Of a DNA stretch of 64,000 nucleotides, positions 16,674 through 27,600 are shown piece by piece. The stretch is taken from IMG/VR virus record IMGVR_UViG_3300033076_001139, positions 64,001 through 128,000 of that record, one strand, 5' to 3'. Under the pieces are notes generated by a model. The model had not been told where the DNA came from. It searched no databases and worked only from the letters and a program-made list of their open reading frames with translations. The stretch comes from a virus. Taxonomy: Duplodnaviria; Caudoviricetes. The translations under genes and the position numbers were made by a program. The stretch's first letter is position 1. Every line of letters starts with the position of its first letter.

Positions 16674-18815
16674 ATGGCTACCCGCTTGTTCGAGCGCGTC
16701 GTTAAGGCTAACGACACCGCTCAGTTCCAGTTTGCCGGCAATGCTGCTGGCGAGACCTGGACCCCGCACCTCTTCGAGGTTGCGGCCGATGGAACGGTTG
16801 TTGAGCTTCAGGCTGGCCTGAACCTCGCCTCCGCCTCCGCTATCGCCAACAGCAAGTACTACAAGGTCTCCGTTGCCCCCGCGGCGATGACGGCCGGTCG
16901 TACGTACTTCGTGGAGATGATCCGCGAGGGTGACAACGCCTCGATCCGCCTGCCCGCGTACGCGTACGATGCGGCCGATGACATCGGTCTTGCTTCGGAC
17001 GGTACCGACAAGGCAACGGTCTTTGGCAAGATCGCCAAGGCGCGTACCGATATCGGCAGCGACATCTCGGCACTGTCTAACAAGATCGGCCCGATGGGCG
17101 CGAGCACTCTTACGTCGCTGTCACTCGTTCTTGGTGTTGCCGGGTTCGAGACAGCACAAAAGAGCCTGCACAGCTACCTCACGGACCCGACCTTCGGTCT
17201 CTCGCAGCTGCGCACGCAGATTGACGAGCTATCGAAGGACCTGAACAACGAGGTCGCCACCTCGTTCAACGGCGTAGCCGGAGTCACCACGACAGCTACG
17301 GCCCTCCGCAAGATCTACGATGCCGTCGACCAGGTCGAGGGCTGGGTAGACCAGGCCGAGGCTAAGAGCGACGACATTCTCGGTCGCCTTGGTGGCAGTG
17401 CGTCAGCTATGGCGTTCACTGCGCCTATCCTCTCAGGGATCACGAACGTTCAGGGTGCCCTGAACGCTCTTGGTCTGGAGATGGGCGACACGAGCGGCGG
17501 TGACTGGGGTACCAAGATCGTTAATGGCAGCCCCGTAGCGGTTACCGCTCCCGAGACGCAGGCAGCAGCACTTGCCAAGATCTACAAGGACACGATGCTT
17601 GCCTTCGGGGACATCCGTGGTCTGGTCGATCAGGTTGAGGGCTACACCGACCAGCTAGAGGGACTCGTTGGCACGTCCTCACTGACCGTCAACGGCACGG
17701 TGTTCGGCGATATCGAGAAGGTGTACAACCGTATCGGCTCCGCGTCTGGCATCTCCAACGGCAACACGGTAGCGCAGGACCTGAAGGCTCTCTACGACGT
17801 CCTGAAGACTGCAAACACCGGTATGGAGGCCGTGCTCGGGGCGGTCAAGCTTGAGCAGGGCCAGCTCGCTGGTACGGGTAAGCCGTTCCAGGGCATCATG
17901 CTGAACAACGTGCAGGTAGCCAACCAGGCTGAGGCGCTCAAGGTCATCTACGACGCAGTTGGCAATGCGAACTCCGCAGTGTCTAACAACGTGTGGCAGA
18001 CCGAGATCGTCGCAGCGTCGGCTCCCGGAGCAAACGATGCGGTTGATGCGAAGGCGGCTCTTGCCGACGTGTACACCGAGATCAACAGTGCGGCCCACGG
18101 CCTCGCTGCGATCAAGCAGGACACCTATAACCTCGGGCAGGCCGTCGGCACCAAGCCGGAGGGTAAGGACCTGTTCGGGCTTATCGGTCTTCCGGCCGAT
18201 ACCGCGGCCGCGACTACGATCTTTGGTCGTCTCGCTGCAATGCTCGACAAGGCTGATGCGACGAACAGCGGCCGTAACGCGGCGCTCACCCTGTCCCTAA
18301 TCCCGTCAATCTCGGCACCGCTCAGCGGATCGGTAGCCGTGAAGTTTGGGGTTAAGGTCACGAGCCCGTTCACGGTGCAGGGCGTTGCAGGTGCGCTTGA
18401 GGATCCGGATACGCACCTCACCGAGGGGTACACCTTCGCGCACGTCAAGGCCGAGGGGTCGGATGGCAAGTCCTGGGGCGCTCGTCTGTTCTCAGACGCT
18501 GCGATGACTCAGGCGCTTGTTGTGCGTTCGCACTCGGAAGAGCCCACTCAGTCAGCCGTAGCAGTCGACGACAAGTCGGGCACCCCCTCGGCTGTCGAGA
18601 TGTGGTACCGCCTTGCACGTACGTCTGTGGGCCTGTACCACTGCTTCGTGAAGGTCCTTGCTGCCGACGGCGGCAGCAAGGATGGCTCACGCGTCGAGCT
18701 AACTGCGCAGATCCGCGACAGCGATCCGACGCAGGTGCCGGCCGTGTTCAGCGACTCGAAGCCGCTGACCGTCCTGCCGCTCTCAGTCGGTAGCACCATC
18801 GGCTCGTTCCACTAA
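16674..18815 (+). CDS. Segmented coiled-coil fibre/whisker-like virion protein
   Basis: Repeats TVFGKIAK/TVFGDIEK/TIFGRLAA, ALRKIY/ALAKIY/ALKVIY and DQVEG x2, between beta-rich end domains. AAGGA RBS. Confidence 0.6.
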   Translation: MATRLFERVVKANDTAQFQFAGNAAGETWTPHLFEVAADGTVVELQAGLNLASASAIANSKYYKVSVAPAAMTAGRTYFVEMIREGDNASIRLPAYAYDAADDIGLASDGTDKATVFGKIAKARTDIGSDISALSNKIGPMGASTLTSLSLVLGVAGFETAQKSLHSYLTDPTFGLSQLRTQIDELSKDLNNEVATSFNGVAGVTTTATALRKIYDAVDQVEGWVDQAEAKSDDILGRLGGSASAMAFTAPILSGITNVQGALNALGLEMGDTSGGDWGTKIVNGSPVAVTAPETQAAALAKIYKDTMLAFGDIRGLVDQVEGYTDQLEGLVGTSSLTVNGTVFGDIEKVYNRIGSASGISNGNTVAQDLKALYDVLKTANTGMEAVLGAVKLEQGQLAGTGKPFQGIMLNNVQVANQAEALKVIYDAVGNANSAVSNNVWQTEIVAASAPGANDAVDAKAALADVYTEINSAAHGLAAIKQDTYNLGQAVGTKPEGKDLFGLIGLPADTAAATTIFGRLAAMLDKADATNSGRNAALTLSLIPSISAPLSGSVAVKFGVKVTSPFTVQGVAGALEDPDTHLTEGYTFAHVKAEGSDGKSWGARLFSDAAMTQALVVRSHSEEPTQSAVAVDDKSGTPSAVEMWYRLARTSVGLYHCFVKVLAADGGSKDGSRVELTAQIRDSDPTQVPAVFSDSKPLTVLPLSVGSTIGSFH

Positions 18816-18842
18816 TCTATAGTGGACGAACCCGAGTTGGGT

Positions 18843-18887
18843 GAGTAAGATGTCCGGGGAAGGCGACTTCCCCGGACATTCTTACTT
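18843..18887 (+). terminator. Long GNRA-capped hairpin after the fibre gene
   Basis: AGTAAGA.TGTCCGGGGAAG-gcga-CTTCCCCGGACA.TTCTTACT. Confidence 0.7.
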
Positions 18888-18902
18888 AGGAGCACGGGTT
18901 CA

Positions 18903-19313
18903 ATGAAGAGAAACTGGAAGTTTGTTGGCGGCCCCAAACCGGCACGCACTAGCCTTGCGGCGGCAGTATCTGCGGTCATGGAGAAGCACGAGGGAGAGGT
19001 CGCCATCTTCGACGCGGAGACGGGTAAGCTCTACGACCTCACGGGTTCTGCGTTTCCTGAGATCTCAGCATTTCAGCAGGGACATATTGTGACGCTGCTG
19101 GGCACGCTGTTCTCGCACCTGATGCACGACATGCCGGTGGAGCGCCAGTATTTCCTGCCGCTGATGCTCCGTATCGGTGACCCGATCATGGGTGAGGTAC
19201 GTGGTTTCGCTGCGGAGTATGGGCAGGCACTCCTTGAGCTACAGAAGCTTGAGGAAGCAAAGAAGGAGGCCGAGAATGTCGACGCACGTGGACCTGAGTC
19301 TAGCGAAGTCTGA
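18903..19313 (+). CDS. Hypothetical protein
   Basis: AGGAG RBS; 136 aa. Confidence 0.7.
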   Translation: MKRNWKFVGGPKPARTSLAAAVSAVMEKHEGEVAIFDAETGKLYDLTGSAFPEISAFQQGHIVTLLGTLFSHLMHDMPVERQYFLPLMLRIGDPIMGEVRGFAAEYGQALLELQKLEEAKKEAENVDARGPESSEV

Positions 19314-19815
19314 GGACGAAGTCCTGCTGATCTGGGCCAGATACCTGCTCGGCGAAGTAATGCGGCAGCGTGAGAACCAAGAAGAAGCCCTCACGTCCCG
19401 TATTTACGTATTCGAAAAGAATGATGACGGTGTCAGCATCCTGCCGACTATGCCGGATGCCCTCCTTGGCCTTCCATCTCGACCTGAGCCTGCACTAGCA
19501 GTTCTTGGGGAGAAAGCCGTAGGGTATCTGGTCATGTTGCCGACGGCTCCAATTCCGGAGGCGGCCTGGGCTGGTTTATCCCCCGTGTTGTCAAAGGAGC
19601 AGTCGGCCGGAATCCCACTCTCAGTACCGACTGAAATTCTTCCGTTCGACAAACCGTACACCCTGTGGCTATCGGCGGCGTTTTACTCGCAGACGATCGA
19701 GAGAACATTCTGCGCAGGGCTTCTGGACGATAAGTTCAGCGAACTGAAGGAAATCGACGGTTCATTTGGTGGGTCGCTTGCTAACCTACGAGGTATTGGA
19801 ATTCGCACCGCGTAG
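19276..19815 (+). CDS. Hypothetical protein
   Basis: AAGGAGG RBS before ATG 19276. Confidence 0.7.
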   Translation: MSTHVDLSLAKSEDEVLLIWARYLLGEVMRQRENQEEALTSRIYVFEKNDDGVSILPTMPDALLGLPSRPEPALAVLGEKAVGYLVMLPTAPIPEAAWAGLSPVLSKEQSAGIPLSVPTEILPFDKPYTLWLSAAFYSQTIERTFCAGLLDDKFSELKEIDGSFGGSLANLRGIGIRTA

Positions 19816-19849
19816 AGGGTATGTAGGTAGCTACACGCCGAGGCAACGA

Positions 19850-20503
19850 ATGCAGTACAGAGACCGCGTCCTAGTAGGAACTCCCATACCGTTGGTATTC
19901 AAGTTCCGACCTGGGGCGCAGGTCTCTTGTGCTATTCAGCACTCCGACAATCCAGCGGTGTCCGTTCAAATTGATCTAGTAGAGGTTCCGTCTCCGGCAG
20001 CAGAGACGTGCTTTTATGTAGGCTCGTATGTCCCAGCAACAGTCGGCTGGTACTACGCCACCGCGCTGCTAGTCGCGGGGGACGCGTCAGTTGGAATGGA
20101 CGCTACTAGGTTTTACTGCTACGCGCAGGAGGACGACCTGCCATCCAATATCGGGGAAGCGGTCGTCCAAGAAATACAGGTAAAGGTTGGCAGCCAGGCA
20201 TCCCTGGCGTATCGGGGCCTTCCTGACCTTACAGTAGTCGGCCGCGCAGTTTACGAGGCCGACACGGCTACCCCTGACGCCTCTGGTCTTGCGGTTCCAT
20301 TTTCGCCGCAAACTGTGCCTACGGGGTTCTCTCCCCTGTACCTTGCCTCGTTCACTCCGACTCGAGAAGGCAAGTACTACGTATACGTCAAGACGACCCC
20401 AGCGGGCGGTGAGGCGTTAATCGTAGTGAACGCGTTCAAGACGCTTCCCTACAGCCGCGCGGCTGGTACCATTAAGTCTTCCGCTACCTCTACGGTGACC
20501 TGA
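19850..20503 (+). CDS. Tandem Ig-like beta-sandwich virion protein
   Basis: Two copies of Y-x-x-S-[YF]-x-P-x-x-x-G-x-Y-Y. Confidence 0.6.
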   Translation: MQYRDRVLVGTPIPLVFKFRPGAQVSCAIQHSDNPAVSVQIDLVEVPSPAAETCFYVGSYVPATVGWYYATALLVAGDASVGMDATRFYCYAQEDDLPSNIGEAVVQEIQVKVGSQASLAYRGLPDLTVVGRAVYEADTATPDASGLAVPFSPQTVPTGFSPLYLASFTPTREGKYYVYVKTTPAGGEALIVVNAFKTLPYSRAAGTIKSSATSTVT

Positions 20504-21183
20504 TGGCACGAATTGTTGGACGCCCTAATGTCTTTACGCTGAGCATCGCGCTCTCTACTGGCTCGGGCGATATTCCTACGGACGCAGATGCTACACCTAC
20601 CGCCGTAATTACGACAGATACGGGCGCGTCCGTTATTTCGTTTTCCGCCTCCGACGTGTCTCATCCTGCGCTGGGTACCTACCGCGTGTCCTGGACGCCC
20701 CAGATTGCCGGTAGCTACACCATCGTCTGGGCATTTCTGGTTGACGGTTCCTCGTTTGAGAACCGGGAATCCTTCACAATTGTCCGCGTCACGTCGGACA
20801 ACACCGCTACCGAGCAGCAAGAGCCCAGTGTCGGATACGGAAATACCTGCAAAGTTACCGGCACATTTCTGAGTGCGCGCGGGGACTATCAGGTAGGGGT
20901 GCACGTCCGGTTTACCCCCGCGTTCGGCCCCACGTCGATTACGAACCTTGGCATTATCTCGCGGGAATCGACGGTCCAGACCGACACGCAAGGCCGGCTG
21001 GAGATGTACTTGCTCAAGGGCCAGCGAGGCACCATCGCGATCTCAAATCTAGGCCTCGTGCGCGAAGTCGAAATTCCGGACGCGGCTGAGATCGACATCT
21101 TCGAGCTGATGGCTACCGCCGATGACCCCCTAGCTGTGCAGGTTGCGGACACGTATCCCCTCATCCGCCGGAGCCTGCCATGA
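20503..21183 (+). CDS. Ig-like/carboxypeptidase-regulatory-like virion protein
   Basis: GTYRVSWTP..AGSYTIVW and VQTDTQGRLEMYL; translationally coupled to both neighbours. Confidence 0.6.
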   Translation: MARIVGRPNVFTLSIALSTGSGDIPTDADATPTAVITTDTGASVISFSASDVSHPALGTYRVSWTPQIAGSYTIVWAFLVDGSSFENRESFTIVRVTSDNTATEQQEPSVGYGNTCKVTGTFLSARGDYQVGVHVRFTPAFGPTSITNLGIISRESTVQTDTQGRLEMYLLKGQRGTIAISNLGLVREVEIPDAAEIDIFELMATADDPLAVQVADTYPLIRRSLP

Positions 21184-22082
21184 TCCCCGTAACGTTTGTT
21201 GTGGTGGATGACTCCATTCCTTCTGGTCTTGCACTGGAGGGCGTTCTTGTTCGTGTTTACTCCGAAGACGGCACAACGTTTATTACGGAGGCCAGCACGG
21301 ATGCAGACGGGCGCCTAACACTGGACCTGCCGGATCTCACGACCTACTGGGTTCGCTTTTTCAAGGTCGGCTACGCGTTTAACTCCCGTTCGACGATTTC
21401 CGTGGACGGTTCACTGCTGAACTCGTTTGATGTAGTGGCGCGCAACCTGACGACGCACTCCTCCGCTACGGACCTAAACCTGTGCAGGGTCAGTGGCTAC
21501 CTGCTAAACGGCTCCGGCGTGCCTACGCCAAACGTGACCCTGTACTTCATGCTCACAGGTAAACCGCGCGTAGTCGGCGGCCGAGCCATGCTGCCCTCAA
21601 AGGTCTACGCAACCACCGATAAAAGCGGAAAGGTGTCGGTGGACCTCGTACGGAACGGCGTCTATGACGTCTGGGCAGCGGGCACGGATGACACGGTCTA
21701 CCGCGCGGTTGTACCCGACTACCCGAATGTGGACATCACAGATCTGCTATTCCCTATTGTGACAACTCTATCCCTAGAAGTGCCCTCCGTAACAATCGCC
21801 AAGGAGGACTCCGTGAGCGTAGATGTCCTCGCTGAGTTGTCCAGCCGCGTAGACATCCCGTACCAGCTAGACGGAGGGGACAGTGTCAGCCTCTCGTCCA
21901 TCCTATCGATTGTTACTACTGGCTCCGCCGCCACGGCGTACTTCAAAGACAGTAGCTTATTTGTAGTAGGGCAGGCCGCTGGCACCTCAACTGTGACGCT
22001 GAGTGTCCGCAACAATATCTTCGCGTTACGGCAGCCGGCGGCAGATACCCTAACGGCTGACCTCGCTGTCACTGTGACTTGA
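21180..22082 (+). CDS. Carboxypeptidase-regulatory-like/Ig-like virion protein
   Basis: LEGVLVRVY..TDADG, a second TDKSG domain, and a C-terminal Big_2-like AGTSTVT. Confidence 0.65.
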   Translation: MIPVTFVVVDDSIPSGLALEGVLVRVYSEDGTTFITEASTDADGRLTLDLPDLTTYWVRFFKVGYAFNSRSTISVDGSLLNSFDVVARNLTTHSSATDLNLCRVSGYLLNGSGVPTPNVTLYFMLTGKPRVVGGRAMLPSKVYATTDKSGKVSVDLVRNGVYDVWAAGTDDTVYRAVVPDYPNVDITDLLFPIVTTLSLEVPSVTIAKEDSVSVDVLAELSSRVDIPYQLDGGDSVSLSSILSIVTTGSAATAYFKDSSLFVVGQAAGTSTVTLSVRNNIFALRQPAADTLTADLAVTVT

Positions 22083-22094
22083 CCAGGAACTCCA

Positions 22095-22340
22095 GTGGCA
22101 GATCGGGAAAAGATAGACCCAGACGCAGTGCGCGCACTTTGGACAGCCGTGCTTGCGCGGGCTGTGGAGGACTATCGGTATAAGGGAACCGCCAAGGAAT
22201 CTATTTCTTATAGGAAAGACGCGCGGCAGTGGGCTGCCTGCGACGACTACAAAGGGATAGGCTCGTTTACCTACGTATGCGAGGCACTTGATCTAGAGCC
22301 AGAAGCCGTACTTGACCGCCTAAGGAGAGGGGATGGCTAG
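22095..22340 (+). CDS. Small helical phage protein
   Basis: AGGA RBS with GTG start; pattern LW.AVL..AV.D...A..W....SF..VCEAL.LEP. Confidence 0.65.
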   Translation: MADREKIDPDAVRALWTAVLARAVEDYRYKGTAKESISYRKDARQWAACDDYKGIGSFTYVCEALDLEPEAVLDRLRRGDG

Positions 22341-23682
22341 TTTTACCGTAGAAAGAAAAGGGGCTTGGGCAACCGCAGCCTCTACTGGCGCCCTAGGTAC
22401 TCCTCGTGAGACAAAGACTGGAACCCCTTCTGTAGACGCAAAATGGAAAACCATTCGCGCACAGGTAGCCCGCGCGTTTATCGCAGACCCAGATTGCTTC
22501 TTCGCACAGATGCTACTCGCCAGCAACCGCCAATACGGCGCAGCCCTAGAGCTTAAAGACCTAGCCACATCTCTGGTGCAGTATGCCGAGGGAGCGCTCT
22601 ACCCAAGTCTCGCAACTCCCACCCTTCCTACCGCCCCTGAGTACCTTGCTGGCGCGGTATCTGTGGAGGGCGTTAACGAGACGGCGGATATTCTGGCTCA
22701 ACGGGCTACGGCAGCGGCTGCTAAAAGCAAGATAGGTCGAAGGCTCGCAGAGCGCGGAGACGAGGCGGCAGCACTTTACCTTGGGCGCATAGACAGCTTT
22801 GTGCAGAAGTATTTTAGCTTTCAAACTGCGGTATCTTGCTTGGCTGACGCCGTCCCAGACTTTGAGCCCCTAAGGCAACTCGCCCTTACTGATGTGCAGG
22901 CCTCCTCAGACGAAGCTGCTGCGGCACAGTACAAGCCCGCAAGCGCGGCGGAGTTTGCCGTACAAAATGCCGCTGCGGCGGCAGCCCTACGCACCGTAAA
23001 TAGAGTCCCGAACATCCAAACACGTTTGTCCTACACACAGGTATTTACTCCCGCCAACGTAGAAGTATCCGTAAGTGGCACAACAATTACGTTTACGACG
23101 CAAAGCCCTGCGTACTGCTACTTACGAGTAGGTGACGTGTTTTCCTGGGCGGGAGGGGAAACAACGATCACAGCCGTAGGAACCTCTACGGCTACCCTAG
23201 CAACAGACGTTGGTAGCCCCGCCACGTATGCAGTTGCGCCTAGCAGTTACTCGGCACTAACGGCCCTTCAAAAAGCCTGCGCCAGTTTCCTGGCTGCACA
23301 AGAAGTTGCAGACAAGGGCTTCCGTGCTGCTGTGGGCGACCTGTCTTCTCCGCAGCGAGTGCGCGATACGATCTTTCTGCTCGCGACCATCCAAAACGGC
23401 ATTACGGGGGTGTCCCCGGAAGTAGAAGAGACGCTGACACGCCTAGGACTGCCGGACCCTCCTACGACTTCCGCCATATCTTCAGCCCTCTACACGTATG
23501 CTCCCGCATTACCGAGTGGCACAAAAGAGACGACAAAGAGCTGCCTCGCCTTGCTCCAGCGTGAGGGTTTTCAGCTAGCGTCTCAGAGGTTTCTAGTTGG
23601 GGATCTGACATTCTTGTCTGAGGAGTCGGACAGCCAGCAGCTGTCCGGGCTCTTTACTGCGGTATCGGAGAATCGACTATGA
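22333..23682 (+). CDS. Putative baseplate-associated structural protein
   Basis: 449-aa ORF with overlapping start and stop in the baseplate block. Confidence 0.55.
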   Translation: MASFTVERKGAWATAASTGALGTPRETKTGTPSVDAKWKTIRAQVARAFIADPDCFFAQMLLASNRQYGAALELKDLATSLVQYAEGALYPSLATPTLPTAPEYLAGAVSVEGVNETADILAQRATAAAAKSKIGRRLAERGDEAAALYLGRIDSFVQKYFSFQTAVSCLADAVPDFEPLRQLALTDVQASSDEAAAAQYKPASAAEFAVQNAAAAAALRTVNRVPNIQTRLSYTQVFTPANVEVSVSGTTITFTTQSPAYCYLRVGDVFSWAGGETTITAVGTSTATLATDVGSPATYAVAPSSYSALTALQKACASFLAAQEVADKGFRAAVGDLSSPQRVRDTIFLLATIQNGITGVSPEVEETLTRLGLPDPPTTSAISSALYTYAPALPSGTKETTKSCLALLQREGFQLASQRFLVGDLTFLSEESDSQQLSGLFTAVSENRL

Positions 23683-23966
23683 GGTTCCGCCTTAACGAGA
23701 CGCAGCGGTTTACTGCGAATCTACGTCTGCTAGAGGACGTGCTTTCCTCAAGCATGGCCTACGCGCCGCCGCACACCGTTAGCCAGAGAGTCCTTGACGC
23801 CATCGCAGAAATAGACGGGCGGCCCTACAACCAGGAAACAGGCACCTTTGCCGGGGGGCTTTCCTTGAACCCGCGTGCTAAACTACAAGTTCTAGCTATG
23901 GCCGAGGCCCTCGCACTGCCCGACGGTGAGCTGCCTCCTCAATTTGCGAACTACTCCGAGGTCTGA
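23679..23966 (+). CDS. Hypothetical protein
   Basis: ATGA coupling with the upstream gene. Confidence 0.6.
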   Translation: MRFRLNETQRFTANLRLLEDVLSSSMAYAPPHTVSQRVLDAIAEIDGRPYNQETGTFAGGLSLNPRAKLQVLAMAEALALPDGELPPQFANYSEV

Positions 23967-23980
23967 GGTACACTCCGCCC

Positions 23981-24622
23981 GTGACTGACTTCCGTGCCAT
24001 CTCCTACCAAGGACTGACGTTCCCAACCTCGTACCGGCAAAGTGCCGACGCGGAGTTTTTGGATATCCGTGGCACCGGTTTTGAGGATGTCGCCAACGTC
24101 GTGATCAATGGGTACCGTTCCCCCAACTTCATCGTAGAGTCCTCACGGCGCATCTTCGCGGAAGTGCCGAGCGCTGTACGGGGAGAGCCCGTAAGCGACA
24201 TTCAGGTCCTACTTCTGTCTGCGGCGGCCGGGCAGGAGAGCGCGGTAGTTTTGGATGTAGGCGGAGGCAACGGCTACGTGTCCGGCACCGCCAAGCTGCT
24301 TCAGACAGTGATCAAGGTACTGCTGACTACGCCGGGATCGGACCTCTTCAACCCGCAGTTGGGCGGTGGTTTGCGTTCTGTACTCGGATCAAACTTCAAT
24401 GACGTAAATTCCGCAGAGTCGCGTGTAAGGCAGGCCATCTCCAATACGGAAAGCCAGCTCCAAGCCCTACATGCCGGGATGCCTCGCCTTCCACTTGCAG
24501 AGAAACTACGGAGCATTTCGGTGTTGTCCGTAAACATCTCTATTGACGATAGTGCCCTCTACGCACGAATTGCGGTGACGTCTCAGGACGGGAATCGCGT
24601 ATCCTCTGGAGTCACGCTGTAA
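23981..24622 (+). CDS. Baseplate wedge gp25/GPW-like protein with N-terminal IPT/TIG domain
   Basis: IRGTGFE..VVING (IPT); KLLQTVIKVLLTTPGSDLFNPQLGGGL (gp25-like); precedes baseplate J. Confidence 0.75.
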   Translation: MTDFRAISYQGLTFPTSYRQSADAEFLDIRGTGFEDVANVVINGYRSPNFIVESSRRIFAEVPSAVRGEPVSDIQVLLLSAAAGQESAVVLDVGGGNGYVSGTAKLLQTVIKVLLTTPGSDLFNPQLGGGLRSVLGSNFNDVNSAESRVRQAISNTESQLQALHAGMPRLPLAEKLRSISVLSVNISIDDSALYARIAVTSQDGNRVSSGVTL

Positions 24623-27600
24623 TGGCTACACAAGCTGAACGTGTCCAGGAGCTGCTGATTCAGCGGCTTGAGACGTACTACTCGGGTCGCACGATTGCCC
24701 CCGGCACCTCGCTATACGACACAGTCGTCACTCCTGTCGCCAACTATCTGGGCGTTGATGCAACGGATACCGACATTGCCGAGTTCCTGAAGACGCGTCT
24801 ACGCCAGGAGTACCCCTCTGTATCTGCCGAAGATGGCGATGCTATTGTCGACCTATTGATCAACCCGCTTAGCCTGCTCCTTGAAGCACTGAAGCGGGAG
24901 ACTGCGCTCATCAAACTTGGCCAGTCGGTGCAGTCCGCTGTTTCGATGCGTGAGTCAGATGCAGACGCACTTGCGGCCAACTTCTTTGTCAGCCGCCGCG
25001 TCGGCGGCAAGGCATACGGCGTTGTGCGGGTGTACTACGCCAACCCCACCTCCGTGTTCGTCGGGGTAAATGCCCGGTGGACTACGGCAGACGGCCTTGT
25101 ATTTCAGCCTGTCACGTCACAGACGTTTCCCGCAGAGCAGCTGCTCCTACAACGAGCAGGAAACTACTACTATATTGACGTGTCTCTTGTCAGTGCCGAT
25201 ACCGGCGCGCAGTACAACATCGGGCCGAACCAGCTTACGAGTGTCACTGGCCTTTCTGGGTATGTGAAGTTCACAAACCTAGCCGCGTTTGCCGGGGCCT
25301 CAGATCGAGAAACAAACGTAGAGCTGCTTACGCGTGTCCGTTCCGCGTTGACGGAGCGCTCTCTAAATACTCGGCGCGGAATTGTGTCTCGTATTCAGGG
25401 GCAGTTCCCCTCGGTGCGTGCCGTGGAGGTCGTTGGGTACGGCGACCCGGAGATGCGGCGTGACGTGGTTACTGGAACTTCCGAGGGGCACGCGGTAGCC
25501 TCCGGCACCTGCTTTATCGTAGGTCAGTTCTGCCTGATGCTTTCGCAGTTTGAGGACCGAGGACGGGACGGCACAACAACAATAAAGGTAGGGGATACCG
25601 TTGCGCTGAACTACTGGAACCTCCTCTACTCGCTGCCGCAGGCGGCACGCAATGAGGAGTTCAAGATCGCGGATATCGTGTTTGACACCCGCGATACTTT
25701 ACCGGATATCCCGTCGATTCTGTTGTTCCGGCTTGATTCCGCCCCGTCTCCGGAAAGCAGCACGCTCGGCATGTTGCCGGGTATGCTGCCGGGTGTTTTC
25801 TGCGTAGTTCGCTCGAACACCAAGATCACGATCTCAGGAATCCCTGGAGGAATCCAGGAGCCACAGACCCCTGCCGGCGAGCTGGAGATCTTCGACAATG
25901 AAGTGCATATTGGCGGGCATTACGACGTCTGGCTTCGCCCGAGCATAGATCAGTCTGCGACCGCTACGTTCGGGCAGATGCTGTCCAATTCAAGCGTCGC
26001 GGAGGGACGCCAGCTCTCGACCTTTGGCGGCGCAGACACCGGCAGAAACGTAGTATCTATTCCCTACTCTGTGTCTTTCAGGGACGGGTTTAGCAGCTCG
26101 TCTACCATCTTCACCCCCGGCACCGCCGTAGTTGGGTCGCGTAGCGGGGCAACCGCTACAGTTGCTACGGCGTCAATTATCCGTGCGACCGGCTCTGTTA
26201 CGCTCACGGCAGTTACCGGTGCGTTTGAGGTAGGTGAGGAGATTACCAACGTTGCGGCTACGGCGGGAGGGACGATCACCTACGTATCCTCTGACCTACA
26301 GACGCTGGGCGCACGCGCGGGCATGACCATCGTCCTTCTCACCGGAGCAGACGTTGGGTCGTACCGGATTCTAGATGTCGTAGGCGAGTTGGTCTACCTA
26401 GATACGGACCTGACAGAGTCAGAAACGCAGATACACTTCCGCGTCCTATCCGAGATTACGGAGGACCTGTTCGCACCCAAGGTTGTGCTTGTGCCATTCG
26501 CGGACGCGCTTGGGGATGACCTATCTACCGTAGTAGGCTCTCAGCGTCTTCGCCTGACAACTGATCTCCAGCAGTACGGCGTCGTTCCGGGAGACTCTAT
26601 CGAGATCTTTGGCGGCAACGATGCCGGTGTCTACGCGATTCAGTCGTTCGATACGGTACTCGGCGGTACTGCGCCAATTGTTAGCAGTGCTATGAGCGCG
26701 TCTAACTCGAAGCTGGCCTACCGGGTTTACCGCGCAGGAACTGGCGTTCAGCGCCCCCTTGTGCGCATCAAGCCAGAGGGCGTGCGCCTCCTTGATTCAG
26801 CAGGCAAGGACGCCAACATTGTTGTGCCGTACGCCCTGCCTCTTGGGGCGTATGCTCTTGGAGATTTCTCTGGAGCAAAGGAAGGACTCACTGGCCGCAA
26901 CGGTTTCGTGCTACCCGACCCGGGCACTTCATGGACCCCTACGGCAGATCTTACAGCCAGCCGGGATGAGTTCTCAGAAGCACTGTCCTGTTACTCCGAC
27001 GAATGTATTCCGTGCGACGGGTACATCGCTGTCGTGACGCTAATGGCAAATGGGCAGTTCTACCTGAACTCCAACATGCCGACAGCGGTAAAAGAGTTCT
27101 TCAGGAACATGCAGAACTGGCTACTCAACGTCGTAGATCAGTTCAATATTGGGCCAGATGCCAAGGCCTTTGTGCACGGCCTCACGCCCATCACGTTTGG
27201 CTCCCCTGTCGACGCAACAGAGTTCACAAGTACCGACGGAACCCTTCGCGCGGGCGAGACGCTCACAGTCGGATCTGTGAGCGCAACAATCTCCGATATT
27301 GAGCAGGAACTCGTGGTTGCATCCACGGCGGGGTTCAAGGACGGAGAGACGGTTACGCAGGGGAGTATGACGGGCTCTATTCGAGTCACGTCACCTACGA
27401 CCCTGTCTGTCTCCTCAATCACCGGCCCGGCGGCAGATGCGTTCCGAGTTGGTACGCCCGTTACCGGGGGAGCGACAGGGACAACCCAAACTCTAACGGG
27501 TGTTCGCGGTCGCTTTGTCGTTGCGGGGATGACCGGGGGTTCTATTGCTAGCGGCGACACTGTCAGCGCCACCGCCACCGGAGTGCAGGCCACAATTACG

